A stretch of DNA of 24,000 nt from Acidobacteriota bacterium (GTDB taxonomy: Bacteria; Acidobacteriota; Terriglobia; Acidiferrales; UBA7541), in assembly GCA_003225295.1 (NCBI GenBank), contig QHYZ01000047.1, forward strand, positions 134,213-158,212, read 5' to 3'. The notes beneath the pieces were generated by a model. The model did no database searches, had not been told where the DNA came from, and was given only the letters and a program-made list of their open reading frames with translations. Within the stretch, counting starts at the first letter, position 1; every line of letters begins with the position of its first letter. Position numbers and translations under genes: made by a program. Below, piece by piece: positions 7,622 through 17,389 of this stretch.

Positions 7622-9445
7622 CTAATGGCCCACCTGCTCGTCCATCCAGCGCTTGATACGCGCTTCCAAGACACTCAGGGGCACCGCGCCTTCTTCAAGC
7701 ACCGCATCATGAAATTTGCGCACCTCGAATCTTTCGCCCAGTTTCTTCTGGGCTTCCGAGCGCAACTCGCGAATCTTCATCTGCCCGATCTTGTACGCGA
7801 GCGCCTGCCCCGGCCACACGATGTAGCGATCGACTTCGACGGTGATGTCCTGATCGGTCTTTCCGGTATGCTCGCGGAAGAAATCAATGGCCTGCTGCCG
7901 GGTCCAGCCCATGGAATGCATCCCGGTATCCACCACGAGCCTTACCGCGCGCCACATTTCGTAGCCCAGCTGCCCGAATTTCGAATACGCATCTTTGTAC
8001 ATGCCCAGCTCTTCGCCGAGGCTCTCCGAATACAATGCCCAGCCCTCGACAAACGCGGAGTAGCCGAGGTGTTTTCGAAATTCAGGTACGTTTTCCATCT
8101 CCTGCCCGAGCGAAAGCTGAAGATGATGCCCGGGCACCGCCTCATGCAGCGAGAGCGCCTCCATTTCCCACTTTGGTCGCGCGTGAAGGTTGAAGGTGTT
8201 GACGAAATAGCAGCCTGGCCGCCCGGCACTCGGTGCACCCGGTTGATAATACGCCGTTGTCTGTGAAGGCGCTTTGAACTCCGGAATCACGCATACGCCG
8301 TAAGGAAGCCGAGGCAGCTTGCCGAAGAGATGCGCGAGTTCTGGGTCGATCTTTTTTGTGATAATGCGGTAACCGTTCACCAGATCATCCGCCCGGTCAT
8401 AATAGAAGCGCTGATCCGTGCGCAGAACTTCCGTGAAATCGTGGAAGCTGCCCTGGAATCCCGCCGAGGCAATGACCTTGTCCATCCCCACGCGGATACG
8501 TTTTACTTCGGAAAGTCCGATCTCGTGAATCTGTTGCGGCGTCAAGTTCGTGGTGGTCTGCCAGCGCACATGAAACGCGTAAGCTGCGGCGCCGTTGGGC
8601 AGCGCCGTTGCCGCGATCGATTCACGGCAGGCCGGCAGGTACGTCGAAGTCACGTAGTCGTGTAGTTTCTGAAACGCCGGAGCAACGGCGCTGGCGTAAA
8701 GCTTCTTGGCGCGATCGGTAAGCCGGATGCGCTCCACTTCGGGAAATCCCGCGGGGAATTCCTTGAACGGCTCCAGCGGCGGGCTAGCCAGCGGATCGGC
8801 GGGAATCAGACCAGCGATTTGTTTCGGAACATCGCGCAGCATCAACTTCGGCGGCGTATAGCCTTTGTTCAAACCCTCCTGAAGAAACAAACGATTCTGT
8901 TCAATGCTGCCCGGCAGCGCTGCGAGCCGCGCAAGAATATCCTCGTAATCCGCGACCGTTTGGCGCGGCATCGCCGCGATTATTTCTGCCGCACCCTGCT
9001 GGATTCCACCCATCTGCGTTATGGGCATCCAAGAGTTACTCGGGACAACATCACGGAATGGGATAGGATCGTCGCCGTACTGCAAGCCCTCTTCCGCCGT
9101 TTCCAGAAGCTCCCGGTAAAGGTCGTAGTTGAATTGTTCCTCGGCCGGGAGTCGATCGCGCGGAATGGAATCGAGCTTCGTGAGACTCTCGTGGAGGTGG
9201 CGGATTCTCGCTTGCAGGCCCTCTCGCGAATCGTCGCGCCACCGGCGGTTCTGCCCGGGAAACCCAACGAGAGTCGCGGTTTCGGGATATTCCCGCATCC
9301 AGCGTTTCCAATCTTCATGGAGATAAGCGCGGAATTTTCGGCTTGCTTCCGCTGAGCTGGAACTGGTTTGTGCCATCGTCAGCAAGGGCATCACCAGCAG
9401 CGCGCTGCCTGCGGAAAATGCCAGCATCAATGATGTTCGAATCAC
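7622..9445 (-). CDS. DUF885 family secreted protein
   Basis: 607 aa with an N-terminal signal-like segment (LMLAFSAGSALLVMPLLTMAQ) and the family-typical HEAVPGHHLQ motif. The GTG start overlaps the cmk stop as GTGA. Confidence 0.8.
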   Translation of the reverse strand: MIRTSLMLAFSAGSALLVMPLLTMAQTSSSSAEASRKFRAYLHEDWKRWMREYPETATLVGFPGQNRRWRDDSREGLQARIRHLHESLTKLDSIPRDRLPAEEQFNYDLYRELLETAEEGLQYGDDPIPFRDVVPSNSWMPITQMGGIQQGAAEIIAAMPRQTVADYEDILARLAALPGSIEQNRLFLQEGLNKGYTPPKLMLRDVPKQIAGLIPADPLASPPLEPFKEFPAGFPEVERIRLTDRAKKLYASAVAPAFQKLHDYVTSTYLPACRESIAATALPNGAAAYAFHVRWQTTTNLTPQQIHEIGLSEVKRIRVGMDKVIASAGFQGSFHDFTEVLRTDQRFYYDRADDLVNGYRIITKKIDPELAHLFGKLPRLPYGVCVIPEFKAPSQTTAYYQPGAPSAGRPGCYFVNTFNLHARPKWEMEALSLHEAVPGHHLQLSLGQEMENVPEFRKHLGYSAFVEGWALYSESLGEELGMYKDAYSKFGQLGYEMWRAVRLVVDTGMHSMGWTRQQAIDFFREHTGKTDQDITVEVDRYIVWPGQALAYKIGQMKIRELRSEAQKKLGERFEVRKFHDAVLEEGAVPLSVLEARIKRWMDEQVGH

Positions 9446-10164
9446 AGATTTGCTCCCGCAACCCCCGCCAATTCTTTCGCGCGATCCTCGGCGAGCATGA
9501 CGATCAACCGCGCGGTTTCTTCGATGCCCATGGCGGTGTTGTCCACCAGCACGGCGTCCCCCGCGCGCACGAGCGGGGACACTTTGCGTTCGCGATCGCG
9601 GCGGTCGCGCTCTATCACTTCGTCGAAAACTTCGGCGAGCGTCATCTTCTCGCCTTTTTCCTGGTGCTCTTTCCAGCGGCGTTCCGCGCGCTCTTCCGGC
9701 GATGCATCCAGAAAAATCTTCAGCTCGGCGTTTGGGAAAACGACGGTTCCGATGTCCCGCCCTTCCATCACGACTCCGCCGCCCCCACCGGCGCGCTGCT
9801 GCTCGGCGACCAGTACGCGACGCACTCCGGCAATCGTTGCGAGTCGCGACGCCGCTTGCGCCACTGCCGGAGTACGAATTTCCCTCGTCACGTCTGTACC
9901 GTCGAGGAATACACCATTGGTCGCGCCCGCCGCTTCCTGCTCCGGTTTAGGGGGCTGTAGTTCGATGTGCGTTTCTTTCGCAAGTGTTTCCAGTCCGACC
10001 TCGTCATTCAGCGACGCACCGTGCCTCAGCGCCTTCAGCGCCAGCGCGCGGTAGGTGGCCCCGCTGTCTAGATACAGATACCCGAGCATGGCGGCAACGC
10101 GCCGCGCCACGCTGCTTTTGCCGGACCCCGCAGGACCATCGATAGCGATAGTAAGTTTTGCCAT
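9442..10164 (-). CDS. cmk: Cytidylate kinase
   Basis: 240 aa. IAIDGPAGSGKSSVARRVAAMLGYLYLDSGATYRALA is the canonical Cmk N-terminus with its P-loop. Confidence 0.9.
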   Translation of the reverse strand: MAKLTIAIDGPAGSGKSSVARRVAAMLGYLYLDSGATYRALALKALRHGASLNDEVGLETLAKETHIELQPPKPEQEAAGATNGVFLDGTDVTREIRTPAVAQAASRLATIAGVRRVLVAEQQRAGGGGGVVMEGRDIGTVVFPNAELKIFLDASPEERAERRWKEHQEKGEKMTLAEVFDEVIERDRRDRERKVSPLVRAGDAVLVDNTAMGIEETARLIVMLAEDRAKELAGVAGANL

Positions 10165-10250
10165 CTTCGTGGTTCAGCTCGGTCTTGGGTGTGAGCCTTT
10201 GCTTTGAGGCGGCCGCCAACCGGGCACCGGCAAGAGTCCCTGTGCCACTC

Positions 10251-11015
10251 TCAAAATCCCATGATGTTATAGCCGCAATCGACGTAAATCGTTTCGCCAG
10301 TGATACCGGAACCGGCCTCGGAGAGCAGGAACGCAGCGGTCCCGCCAACTTCCCCCGGATCGACGTTGCGCTTGAGCGGGGCGCGCTCGGCATGCGCCTT
10401 CAACATGTCTCCCAACCCAGAGATCCCTCGTGCCGCCAGCGTTTTGATCGGGCCGGCAGAGATGGCATTCACTCGGATGTTCTTCGGCCCCAGGTCGTTT
10501 GCCAGATAGCGCACACTTGCTTCGAGTGCGGCCTTAGCGACACCCATCACGTTGTACTTCGGCACGACTTTTTCCGCGCCGTAGTACGTCAGCGTGACGA
10601 TTCCTCCGCCCGCCGTCATCAGCGGCGCGGCAGCGCGCGCCACCGCGACCAGCGAGTACACGCTGATGTCATGCGCGATACGAAATCCCTCGCGCGTGGT
10701 GTTCACAAATTCGCCCTTCAATTCTTCCGCAGGAGCAAACGCCACGCTGTGCACGATCCCGTTCAACAAGCCATATCGCGTTTTTAGTTCATCGAAGAGT
10801 CTTGCGATTTGGTCGTCCGACGAGACATCACACATGAAGCCCGCCGCGCCCGGCAGATCGGTGATCAAGTCTCTGGCTTCCTGCTCCATCCGATCGTTCT
10901 GATAGGTGATAGCCAGCCGCCAGCCGGCTTGGTGCAGCTTCTGGGCGATAGCCCACGCAATGCTGCGCTTGTTGGCCAGGCCGAAAATCACTCCCGTTTT
11001 CTGCGTCTCCGTCAT
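10251..11015 (-). CDS. fabI: Enoyl-[acyl-carrier-protein] reductase (NADH)
   Basis: 254 aa. The Rossmann N-terminus GLANKRSIAWAIAQKL and the catalytic YNVMGVAKAALE block are typical of FabI. Confidence 0.9.
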   Translation of the reverse strand: MTETQKTGVIFGLANKRSIAWAIAQKLHQAGWRLAITYQNDRMEQEARDLITDLPGAAGFMCDVSSDDQIARLFDELKTRYGLLNGIVHSVAFAPAEELKGEFVNTTREGFRIAHDISVYSLVAVARAAAPLMTAGGGIVTLTYYGAEKVVPKYNVMGVAKAALEASVRYLANDLGPKNIRVNAISAGPIKTLAARGISGLGDMLKAHAERAPLKRNVDPGEVGGTAAFLLSEAGSGITGETIYVDCGYNIMGF

Positions 11016-11175
11016 CCGCGTCTCCCCACACTTATCATCCTGAGGTCCCCACCGGTCGGGGCCCGAACGATCTCATCGCAACCATCTGCGACCAACTTCG
11101 GATTGCGCGCCAATCATCACCTTGAGTTCCTGTGCTTCCCTCAGGATGACAATATGCTTTGCGTGCATGACATGG

Positions 11176-13131
11176 CTAAATGCGATGAAAGGCCTTCTCA
11201 ATTTCTTTCATGGAATACCGCAGCACCACCGGCCGCCCATGCGGGCAGCTCATCGGACAATCGGTCTTGGCCAGCGCGTCCAGCAGCCATTCCATTTTCG
11301 ATTGTTCGAGCGGCGTGTTCACCTTGATCGCCGCGTGGCACGCGGTGGACGCCGCGATTTTCGCCTGCAGTGTTTCCATCGAAATCGCCGCGTTTTCGCG
11401 CTCGATGCCATCGAGAATTTCGGTGAGCAGTTTTTCAGCATCGGGCGCGCCAACCCCGGCGGGCACGGCCTGGATCGCCACGCTCTTAGGACCCATGGGC
11501 TCGACTTCAAATCCGTTCGCGAACAGTTCTTCGGTGATCTTTTCAAACGTGACGATCTGGCGGGGCGACAATTCAATCACCAGCGGCATGAGCATGCGCT
11601 GCGATTCTACTCTTCCGGCGCGCCGCGCTTCCAAATGCTGCTCAAAGAGTACGCGCTCGTGCGCCACATGTTGATCTACGATCCACAGCCCTTCGCCGTT
11701 CACGGCAACGATGAAGCTTGCGCTCACCTGACCCAGTGGCTTTAGATCTGCTATGTGTTCGGTGCGCGGGAGACTCGCGGGAGCGTCCGCGCTAGGGGCG
11801 GCGAGATTGGCGGCCCAATTTCCAGAAGAAGTCTGCGCTGGTGCGACAGCTGCGCCAAAGGCAGTCCCGGAAGTGAATGGAATCCGCTGTTCGACGGGTC
11901 CGAGGGTCGCGCCGGTGGGATCAAATCCACCGTCGGAGCCGACACCGACCTCTTCCACGGGAGGAATAATCGCGCGCGGCACGCGCGATTCCACCGCCGC
12001 GGGCGTTATGCCACCGGAAAACGTCCCATTTCCTGAGCCCCCGGTTTGCGGCGTGGCGGCAGCGGCCGCAGCGAAACTTGCAATCGGCCGCGCGCCCATC
12101 AATGCTTGCCGAATTGCATCGCGCGCAAAATCGTGGACCAATTGGGAACGCCGGAAGCGCACTTCGATTTTTGCCGGATGCACGTTGACGTCGACTTCGT
12201 CGTAGGGCATCTCCAGGAAAAGCAGCGTCGCGGGAAAGACGGCCGGCGGGAGAATGTTGCGATAGGCCTCGTGAATGGCGTGCAGAATCAGCCGGTCACG
12301 CACCAGGCGCCGGTTTACAAAAATGTAGATTCCATTGCGATTCATCCGCTGTATGTCGGGACGCGAGGTAAACCCACTCACCGTCAGCGATGACTTTTCG
12401 TCTTGCGGTTCGAGTTCCGGCTCGGTGATGGCCGCGCGGAAAGGCGCAGAGACGGCGAGAATTTCCACCAGCTCTTCCAGTGCTTGCCGTCCGAAGAGTT
12501 GATAGACGCGGTCGGCCAGCTTCTCCGCGGGCGGACAGTTAATGATTTCCTGGGTCGGGGTCGTGAGAATGAATTGTTTGCCGGGATTCGCGAGCGCGTA
12601 GTGGGTGACCAGCGAAGCGATGTGGCCCAACTCCGTGGTGTCCGCCTTGAGGAATTTTCTGCGCGCTGGGACACAATAAAAAATGTCGGCGACGCTGATG
12701 GTCGTTCCCACAGGCAAACCCGCCGACTTTACGTTAACCAGCTTGCCCCCCGCGAATTCGACGCGCGTGCCTTCGGCTTCCGCTTCCTCACGCGTTTCGA
12801 GCAGCAATCGCGATACGGCGGCGATCGTTGGCAAGGCCTCACCGCGAAATCCCAGCGTGGCAATCGAGAGCAGATCGTCTGCCGAGCGCAACTTGCTCGT
12901 GGCGTGGCGCTCGAACGCCAACAGCGCATCGTCATGGGTCATCCCGTGACCATCATCGATCACGCGAATCATGCGCTTGCCGCCGACCTCCACTTCGACA
13001 CGAATCGTCTTCGCACCTGCGTCGATGGCATTCTCCAGGAGCTCTTTCACCACCGACGCCGGCCGCTCGACAACCTCGCCCGCGGCGATTTTATTCGCCA
13101 CCGCCTCCGGCAATATACGTATCCGTGACAT
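11176..13131 (-). CDS. mutL: DNA mismatch repair protein MutL (endonuclease-type)
   Basis: 651 aa. GHKL ATPase N-terminus: IRILPEAVANKIAAGEVVERPASVVKELLENAIDAGA. It has an Ala/Pro-rich linker and the C-terminal DQHVAHERVLFE endonuclease motif. The start overlaps the aspS stop as TGATG. Confidence 0.95.
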   Translation of the reverse strand: MSRIRILPEAVANKIAAGEVVERPASVVKELLENAIDAGAKTIRVEVEVGGKRMIRVIDDGHGMTHDDALLAFERHATSKLRSADDLLSIATLGFRGEALPTIAAVSRLLLETREEAEAEGTRVEFAGGKLVNVKSAGLPVGTTISVADIFYCVPARRKFLKADTTELGHIASLVTHYALANPGKQFILTTPTQEIINCPPAEKLADRVYQLFGRQALEELVEILAVSAPFRAAITEPELEPQDEKSSLTVSGFTSRPDIQRMNRNGIYIFVNRRLVRDRLILHAIHEAYRNILPPAVFPATLLFLEMPYDEVDVNVHPAKIEVRFRRSQLVHDFARDAIRQALMGARPIASFAAAAAATPQTGGSGNGTFSGGITPAAVESRVPRAIIPPVEEVGVGSDGGFDPTGATLGPVEQRIPFTSGTAFGAAVAPAQTSSGNWAANLAAPSADAPASLPRTEHIADLKPLGQVSASFIVAVNGEGLWIVDQHVAHERVLFEQHLEARRAGRVESQRMLMPLVIELSPRQIVTFEKITEELFANGFEVEPMGPKSVAIQAVPAGVGAPDAEKLLTEILDGIERENAAISMETLQAKIAASTACHAAIKVNTPLEQSKMEWLLDALAKTDCPMSCPHGRPVVLRYSMKEIEKAFHRI

Positions 13132-14915
13132 CAGCTGAGCCTGTCAGTCTCTAGGGCGATGCCCAACTGGTCAAGCTGGTCTTGGTCCACTGGTGACGGC
13201 GAATCGGCCATCAAATCCTGTGCGGCAGTCGTTTTCGCGAAGGCGATGACTTCGCGGATGGACTTTTCACCGGCGAGGAGCATGACCACGCGGTCGATCC
13301 CGAGTGCGATGCCGCCATGCGGAGGAGTGCCATAGGTCAACGCGTCGAGGAAGAAACCGAAGCGGCGACGCAATTGCTCTTCGGATAGGCCCAGCGCTTT
13401 GAACAAGCGCTCCTGAATGTCCTGGCGGTGAATTCGAATGCTGCCGGAGCCGAGCTCATTGCCATTCAGAACGAGGTCGTAGCCTTTCGAACGCACTTCC
13501 CAGGGCGCCGATTCGAGCTTTTCCAGGTCTTCATCGACGATGCCGGTGAAGGGATGCTGCGCGCTCACCCAGGTTTTGTCGGACTCGCTCCATTCGAACA
13601 GCGGAAAGCCTGTGAGCCACAAGAATTTCCACTGGGACCTGTCGATCACGCCGAGTGCTTCACCAAGGTGAACACGTAATTGACCCGCGATCAGCGCGGC
13701 TGCTTCGGTGCCTTTGATTTGTTCTTTCGCGGAAACAGCGACAACCAGATCGCCGGCCTTCGCGCCGCATGCCTCGGCGAGCTTCTTCACATTCTCCGCG
13801 CCGATCAATTTCTCAACCGTCGAGGTCAACCCTTCCGGTGCTACTTTTACGAAATATGCGCCGCGCGCGTGGAGCGACTTGGCCTTCTCCGTCAACTCGT
13901 CAAGCTGCTTGCGCGAATAGCCTGCCGCTCCCGGGGCGGCAAAAGCGAAGACATGGCCTTCGATCTGCAGTTTTTCCTTTGCCGAGACTGGGAAACAAGG
14001 CGTCACTTCATGCAATTCCATTCCAAAGCGCATGTCCGGTTTGTCGCTGCCGTACGTTCGAATGGCATCCTTATAGAGCATGTGCGGGAACGGCGCTTCG
14101 GCCTTGATGCCTGCGACAGCACAAGCACGCACCATCACGTTTTCGATCACGCGGAAGACGTCTTCCTGCCTCGGAAATGACATTTCCAGGTCGAGCTGCG
14201 TGAATTCGAGCTGGCGGTCAGCGCGCAAATCTTCGTCTCGGAAGCACTTCACGATCTGAAAGTATTTGTCCACCCCGGCGATCATCAGAATCTGCTTGAA
14301 AATCTGTGGCGACTGCGGCAGCGCGTAAAACTGCCCGTGATGAATACGACTGGGCACAAGAAAGTCGCGCGCCCCTTCCGGCGTCGAGCGCGTGAGCATG
14401 GGGGTTTCCACTTCGAGGAAGCCCATCTCGTCCATCACCTTGCGAATTTCGAGGATGATCTTGTGGCGCAGCGCGAGATTATGGTGCGGCTTCGGCCGAC
14501 GAAGGTCGAGATAGCGGAAGCGCAGGCGCGTCTCTTCCGCCGCGTTGATTTCGTCTTCGATCGGGAAGGGAGGCGTCTTGGCGTTATTCAGAATGTGCAA
14601 TTTCGCCGCCACGAGCTCCACTTCCCCGCTGGACAATTCCGGATTGGCTTTCTGCCGCTTGAGGACCTTGCCCTCGACGGCGACGACGAATTCGCCGCGT
14701 GCCTGCTCGGCTTTGGCGTGCGCCGCAGGCTGCGTCTCTTTGTTGAAGACTACTTGGACGATGCCGGTGCGGTCGCGCACGTCGAGAAAGAGCAGATTGC
14801 CCAGGTCGCGGCGCCGCGCCACCCAGCCCATCACAACAGCTTCTTGTCCTTCGTGCTTCGCGCGGAGCTCGCCGCAGTAATGTGTGCGCTTCAAGTTTCC
14901 CAGAAAGTCCAGCAC
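13131..14915 (-). CDS. aspS: Aspartate--tRNA ligase
   Basis: 594 aa, bacterial type with an insertion domain. Motifs: RTHYCGELR, FLDVRDRTGIVQVV, ALPQSPQIFKQ, FRDEDLRADRQLEFTQLDLEMSF, PPHGGIALGIDR. GTG start. Confidence 0.95.
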   Translation of the reverse strand: MLDFLGNLKRTHYCGELRAKHEGQEAVVMGWVARRRDLGNLLFLDVRDRTGIVQVVFNKETQPAAHAKAEQARGEFVVAVEGKVLKRQKANPELSSGEVELVAAKLHILNNAKTPPFPIEDEINAAEETRLRFRYLDLRRPKPHHNLALRHKIILEIRKVMDEMGFLEVETPMLTRSTPEGARDFLVPSRIHHGQFYALPQSPQIFKQILMIAGVDKYFQIVKCFRDEDLRADRQLEFTQLDLEMSFPRQEDVFRVIENVMVRACAVAGIKAEAPFPHMLYKDAIRTYGSDKPDMRFGMELHEVTPCFPVSAKEKLQIEGHVFAFAAPGAAGYSRKQLDELTEKAKSLHARGAYFVKVAPEGLTSTVEKLIGAENVKKLAEACGAKAGDLVVAVSAKEQIKGTEAAALIAGQLRVHLGEALGVIDRSQWKFLWLTGFPLFEWSESDKTWVSAQHPFTGIVDEDLEKLESAPWEVRSKGYDLVLNGNELGSGSIRIHRQDIQERLFKALGLSEEQLRRRFGFFLDALTYGTPPHGGIALGIDRVVMLLAGEKSIREVIAFAKTTAAQDLMADSPSPVDQDQLDQLGIALETDRLS

Positions 14916-14944
14916 GGTCCCTGACCTCTCAAATCTCTACCATC

Positions 14945-15069
14945 GTCATGCTGAGCCCTTCGACAGCGCTCAGGGTAAAGTTCCGCAAAGCATCTCCACT
15001 CATCATCACGCGGGGCGTGTCCGACGTTCGGATCCTTCGGCCATCCTGGCCGGATGACCTCAGGATGAC
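14945..15069. repeat. REP/MITE-like hairpin-dense element in the hisS-aspS spacer
   Basis: Imperfect terminal inverted repeats: GTCATGCTGAG (14945-14955) and CTCAGGATGAC (15059-15069), 10 of 11 complementary. Internal hairpins: CTGAGC/GCTCAG (14951-56/14968-73), TCCGA/TCGGA (15020-24/15028-32) and GGCCATCC/GGATGACC (15039-46/15052-59). GGATGACC is directly duplicated (15052-59, 15063-70). The right end overlaps the hisS stop codon. Confidence 0.35.
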
Positions 15070-16646
15070 CCCGCTTTGCTTTTGCGCAAGTGCTCGATCA
15101 ATGCGGGCTCCGGCAATTTTAGCTGCGAGCCGTCCGCCAGCGTCTTCAACGTCCACAAGCCTTCGGATACTTCATTATCGCCAAGGATCAGCGCGTGTTT
15201 CGCGCCGAGCTTGTCCGCCTGGCCGAGAGCTTTGCCGAATTTTTGTTCTACCGGCGGCAGCTCAACACTGAAGCCCGCTTTGCGCAGATCTTTCGCCGCG
15301 CGGATGGCGGTCGCGTGAGCTCGTTCACCCATCCAAGCAATGTACACGTCGCGGCCCGGCTGCGCAGGTGCTTTCCTGCTCTCCTGCAACGACAAGATCA
15401 GGCGGTCTTCGCCGATGGCAAACCCAATGCCCTTGGTTGGCGGCCCGCCAAGCAATTCTACTAGCCCGTCGTAGCGGCCGCCGCCGCAGACGGCATTTTG
15501 CGAGCCCAGTCCCTGCGCCGTGATTTCAAAGGTCGTGCGCATGTAATAATCCAGCCCGCGCACTAGCCGCCAATTCTCCCGGAAGAACACGCCACGCATT
15601 TCAAGTTGACGTTTTACGGCCGCGTAGTGCGTCGCGCAGGCTTCGCACAGGTGATCGGTGATACGCGGCAGCGTGGCGATAGTGCCCTGCTCGCTTTCGA
15701 GTTTCGAATCGAGCACGCGCAGCGGATTCGTTCGAATCCTCCGCTGGCTGTCTGGCCCGAGCTTGTCTTTCACTTTCAGCAGCTCCGCGCGCAGCAATTC
15801 GACGTATTTCGGCCGGCATTCGCGGCAGCCGATTGAATTGATGTCCAGCTGCACGCCATGCAATTCCAGCCGGTCGAAAAACGTCATGACCATTTCAATC
15901 ACTTCGGCGTCGATGGCCGGTGCGTCGCTGCCGCCCAGCACCTCCGCGCCGATCTGATAAAACTGCCGGTAGCGTCCTCTCTGCGGGCGCTCGCGCCGGA
16001 ACATCGGCCCGATGTAATACAGCTTGACCGGCTGCGGAAGCTGCTGCATCCCATGTTCGATATACGCGCGACATACGCTGGCGGTGGCTTCTGGACGCAA
16101 CGAAATAACATCGCCAAACCTAACCTGACGGACGGCATCTTTTAACTCCGCCACTCTCGGGAGGATTTCGCGCTCACCTTGGTATCCAAAAGCCTGAAGA
16201 TTGGCGGTAAGCTCGCGGGCCATTTGCAAGGTGCGTTCGTTCTCAGGAGTTTTTGGGATACGTCCAGCCTCGAATGCCTTTTCCGCGGCCAAAATGAAAT
16301 TCCCAACGCGGTCCAGGAAATCTATGAGCGCCTCTCCGGTGGCCAAGGAAGCAACATTTGTCACCACTGCGGTTCGAAGCTCAACAAGTTCAGTTGCTTC
16401 GTAGTCCTCGAATGTGTACATCTCTTTTGAAACGACATCGGTATCCAGGCCGATGGAGCGTGCAAACAACTCGGTCGGCTCGAAGATGGGGACACGGATT
16501 GCGCCAAAGCCGAAAGTGGCAAAGACTTGGTTGGCGGTTTGCTCGACATGATTCCAGAGCGCCGTCTCTGGCGGCAAGAGATCGCGGGTGCCGCGGATGG
16601 CCTGAAACTTGCGCCGTTCTTCCTTTTTGGCTGCGCCTTCGCTCAC
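15060..16646 (-). CDS. hisS: Histidine--tRNA ligase with a large internal insertion
   Basis: 528 aa. Motifs: RGTRDLLP, KEMYTFED, LRPEATAS, YYIGPMFRRERPQRGRYRQFYQIG, GGGRYDGL, and a C-terminal anticodon-binding domain. About 95 extra residues lie between KEMYTFED and LRPE. The GTG start overlaps the upstream stop as GTGA. Confidence 0.93.
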   Translation of the reverse strand: MSEGAAKKEERRKFQAIRGTRDLLPPETALWNHVEQTANQVFATFGFGAIRVPIFEPTELFARSIGLDTDVVSKEMYTFEDYEATELVELRTAVVTNVASLATGEALIDFLDRVGNFILAAEKAFEAGRIPKTPENERTLQMARELTANLQAFGYQGEREILPRVAELKDAVRQVRFGDVISLRPEATASVCRAYIEHGMQQLPQPVKLYYIGPMFRRERPQRGRYRQFYQIGAEVLGGSDAPAIDAEVIEMVMTFFDRLELHGVQLDINSIGCRECRPKYVELLRAELLKVKDKLGPDSQRRIRTNPLRVLDSKLESEQGTIATLPRITDHLCEACATHYAAVKRQLEMRGVFFRENWRLVRGLDYYMRTTFEITAQGLGSQNAVCGGGRYDGLVELLGGPPTKGIGFAIGEDRLILSLQESRKAPAQPGRDVYIAWMGERAHATAIRAAKDLRKAGFSVELPPVEQKFGKALGQADKLGAKHALILGDNEVSEGLWTLKTLADGSQLKLPEPALIEHLRKSKAGSS

Positions 16647-17176
16647 TCGGTGGGTTCCTCGCGATAGATATTTTTATAGCCGACGTAGCGCTGGGCGTAG
16701 GAATCGATCGATGCCTTGTCGATCTCGGTGAGCGCACGCCTCACTTTTCCTGGCGAGCCCATGACCAGGCTGCCGGCAGGAATCGCAGTTCTCTCGGTGA
16801 TCAGTGTACCCGCCGCGACGATGCTGCCCGCGCCAATGGTCACGCCGTTCAGAATGACCGCGCCCATGCCGATCAGGCAGCGCGACTCGATGGTGCAGCC
16901 ATGCAGCGTCACCGAATGGCCGACGGTGACGTCATCGCCGAGGATCAGTGGCCGCTCGTCGCGCATGACGTGTAGCACCGAGCCGTCCTGAATGTTGGTC
17001 CGCGCGCCGATGCGGATGTAGTGGACATCGCCGCGAACCACGGCGCACGGCCACACGCTGGAGTCCTCGCCAATCACAACGTCGCCGATGATAACGGCTG
17101 CGGGGTCGATATAGGCCGAAGCGGCGATTCGCGGCCGCTTGCCGCGATGGGGCCGGATGTCGGGTGGTCGTGCCAA
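16643..17176 (-). CDS. Gamma-carbonic-anhydrase-like / hexapeptide-repeat (LbH) protein, YrdA/PaaY family
   Basis: 177 aa. IAASAYIDPAAVIIGDVVIGEDSSVWPCAVVRGDVHYIRIGARTNIQDGSVLHV is followed by further hexapeptide turns. Confidence 0.85.
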   Translation of the reverse strand: MARPPDIRPHRGKRPRIAASAYIDPAAVIIGDVVIGEDSSVWPCAVVRGDVHYIRIGARTNIQDGSVLHVMRDERPLILGDDVTVGHSVTLHGCTIESRCLIGMGAVILNGVTIGAGSIVAAGTLITERTAIPAGSLVMGSPGKVRRALTEIDKASIDSYAQRYVGYKNIYREEPTE

Positions 17177-17238
17177 TCGTGTCCTTTTCCCCGGTCTACC
17201 TTCGTCTCAGCCGCGAGCGGTGGCGCTATCTCATTGTA

Positions 17239-17260
17239 GGGGCACGATATATTGTGCCCC
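17239..17260. repeat. Palindromic hairpin GGGGCAC-N8-GTGCCCC (REP-like or operator)
   Basis: 7-bp perfect arms (17239-45 / 17254-60) around an AT-only loop core, gatatatt. A second small hairpin, GGGG(17263-66)/CCCC(17276-79), follows. It lies in the divergent intergenic region between the LbH gene and the CWC ORF. Confidence 0.4.
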
Positions 17261-17389
17261 TAGGGGTGGACAAAGCCCCGCCCTATAGAAGACTTGGCGT
17301 TTCCCGGATCACGTCAAGATATCATCCGCGTTGCCCGACTGACAAGGAACCGCGGGTACGGCTCTGGACGGCGCGCCACAACTGCGCCA

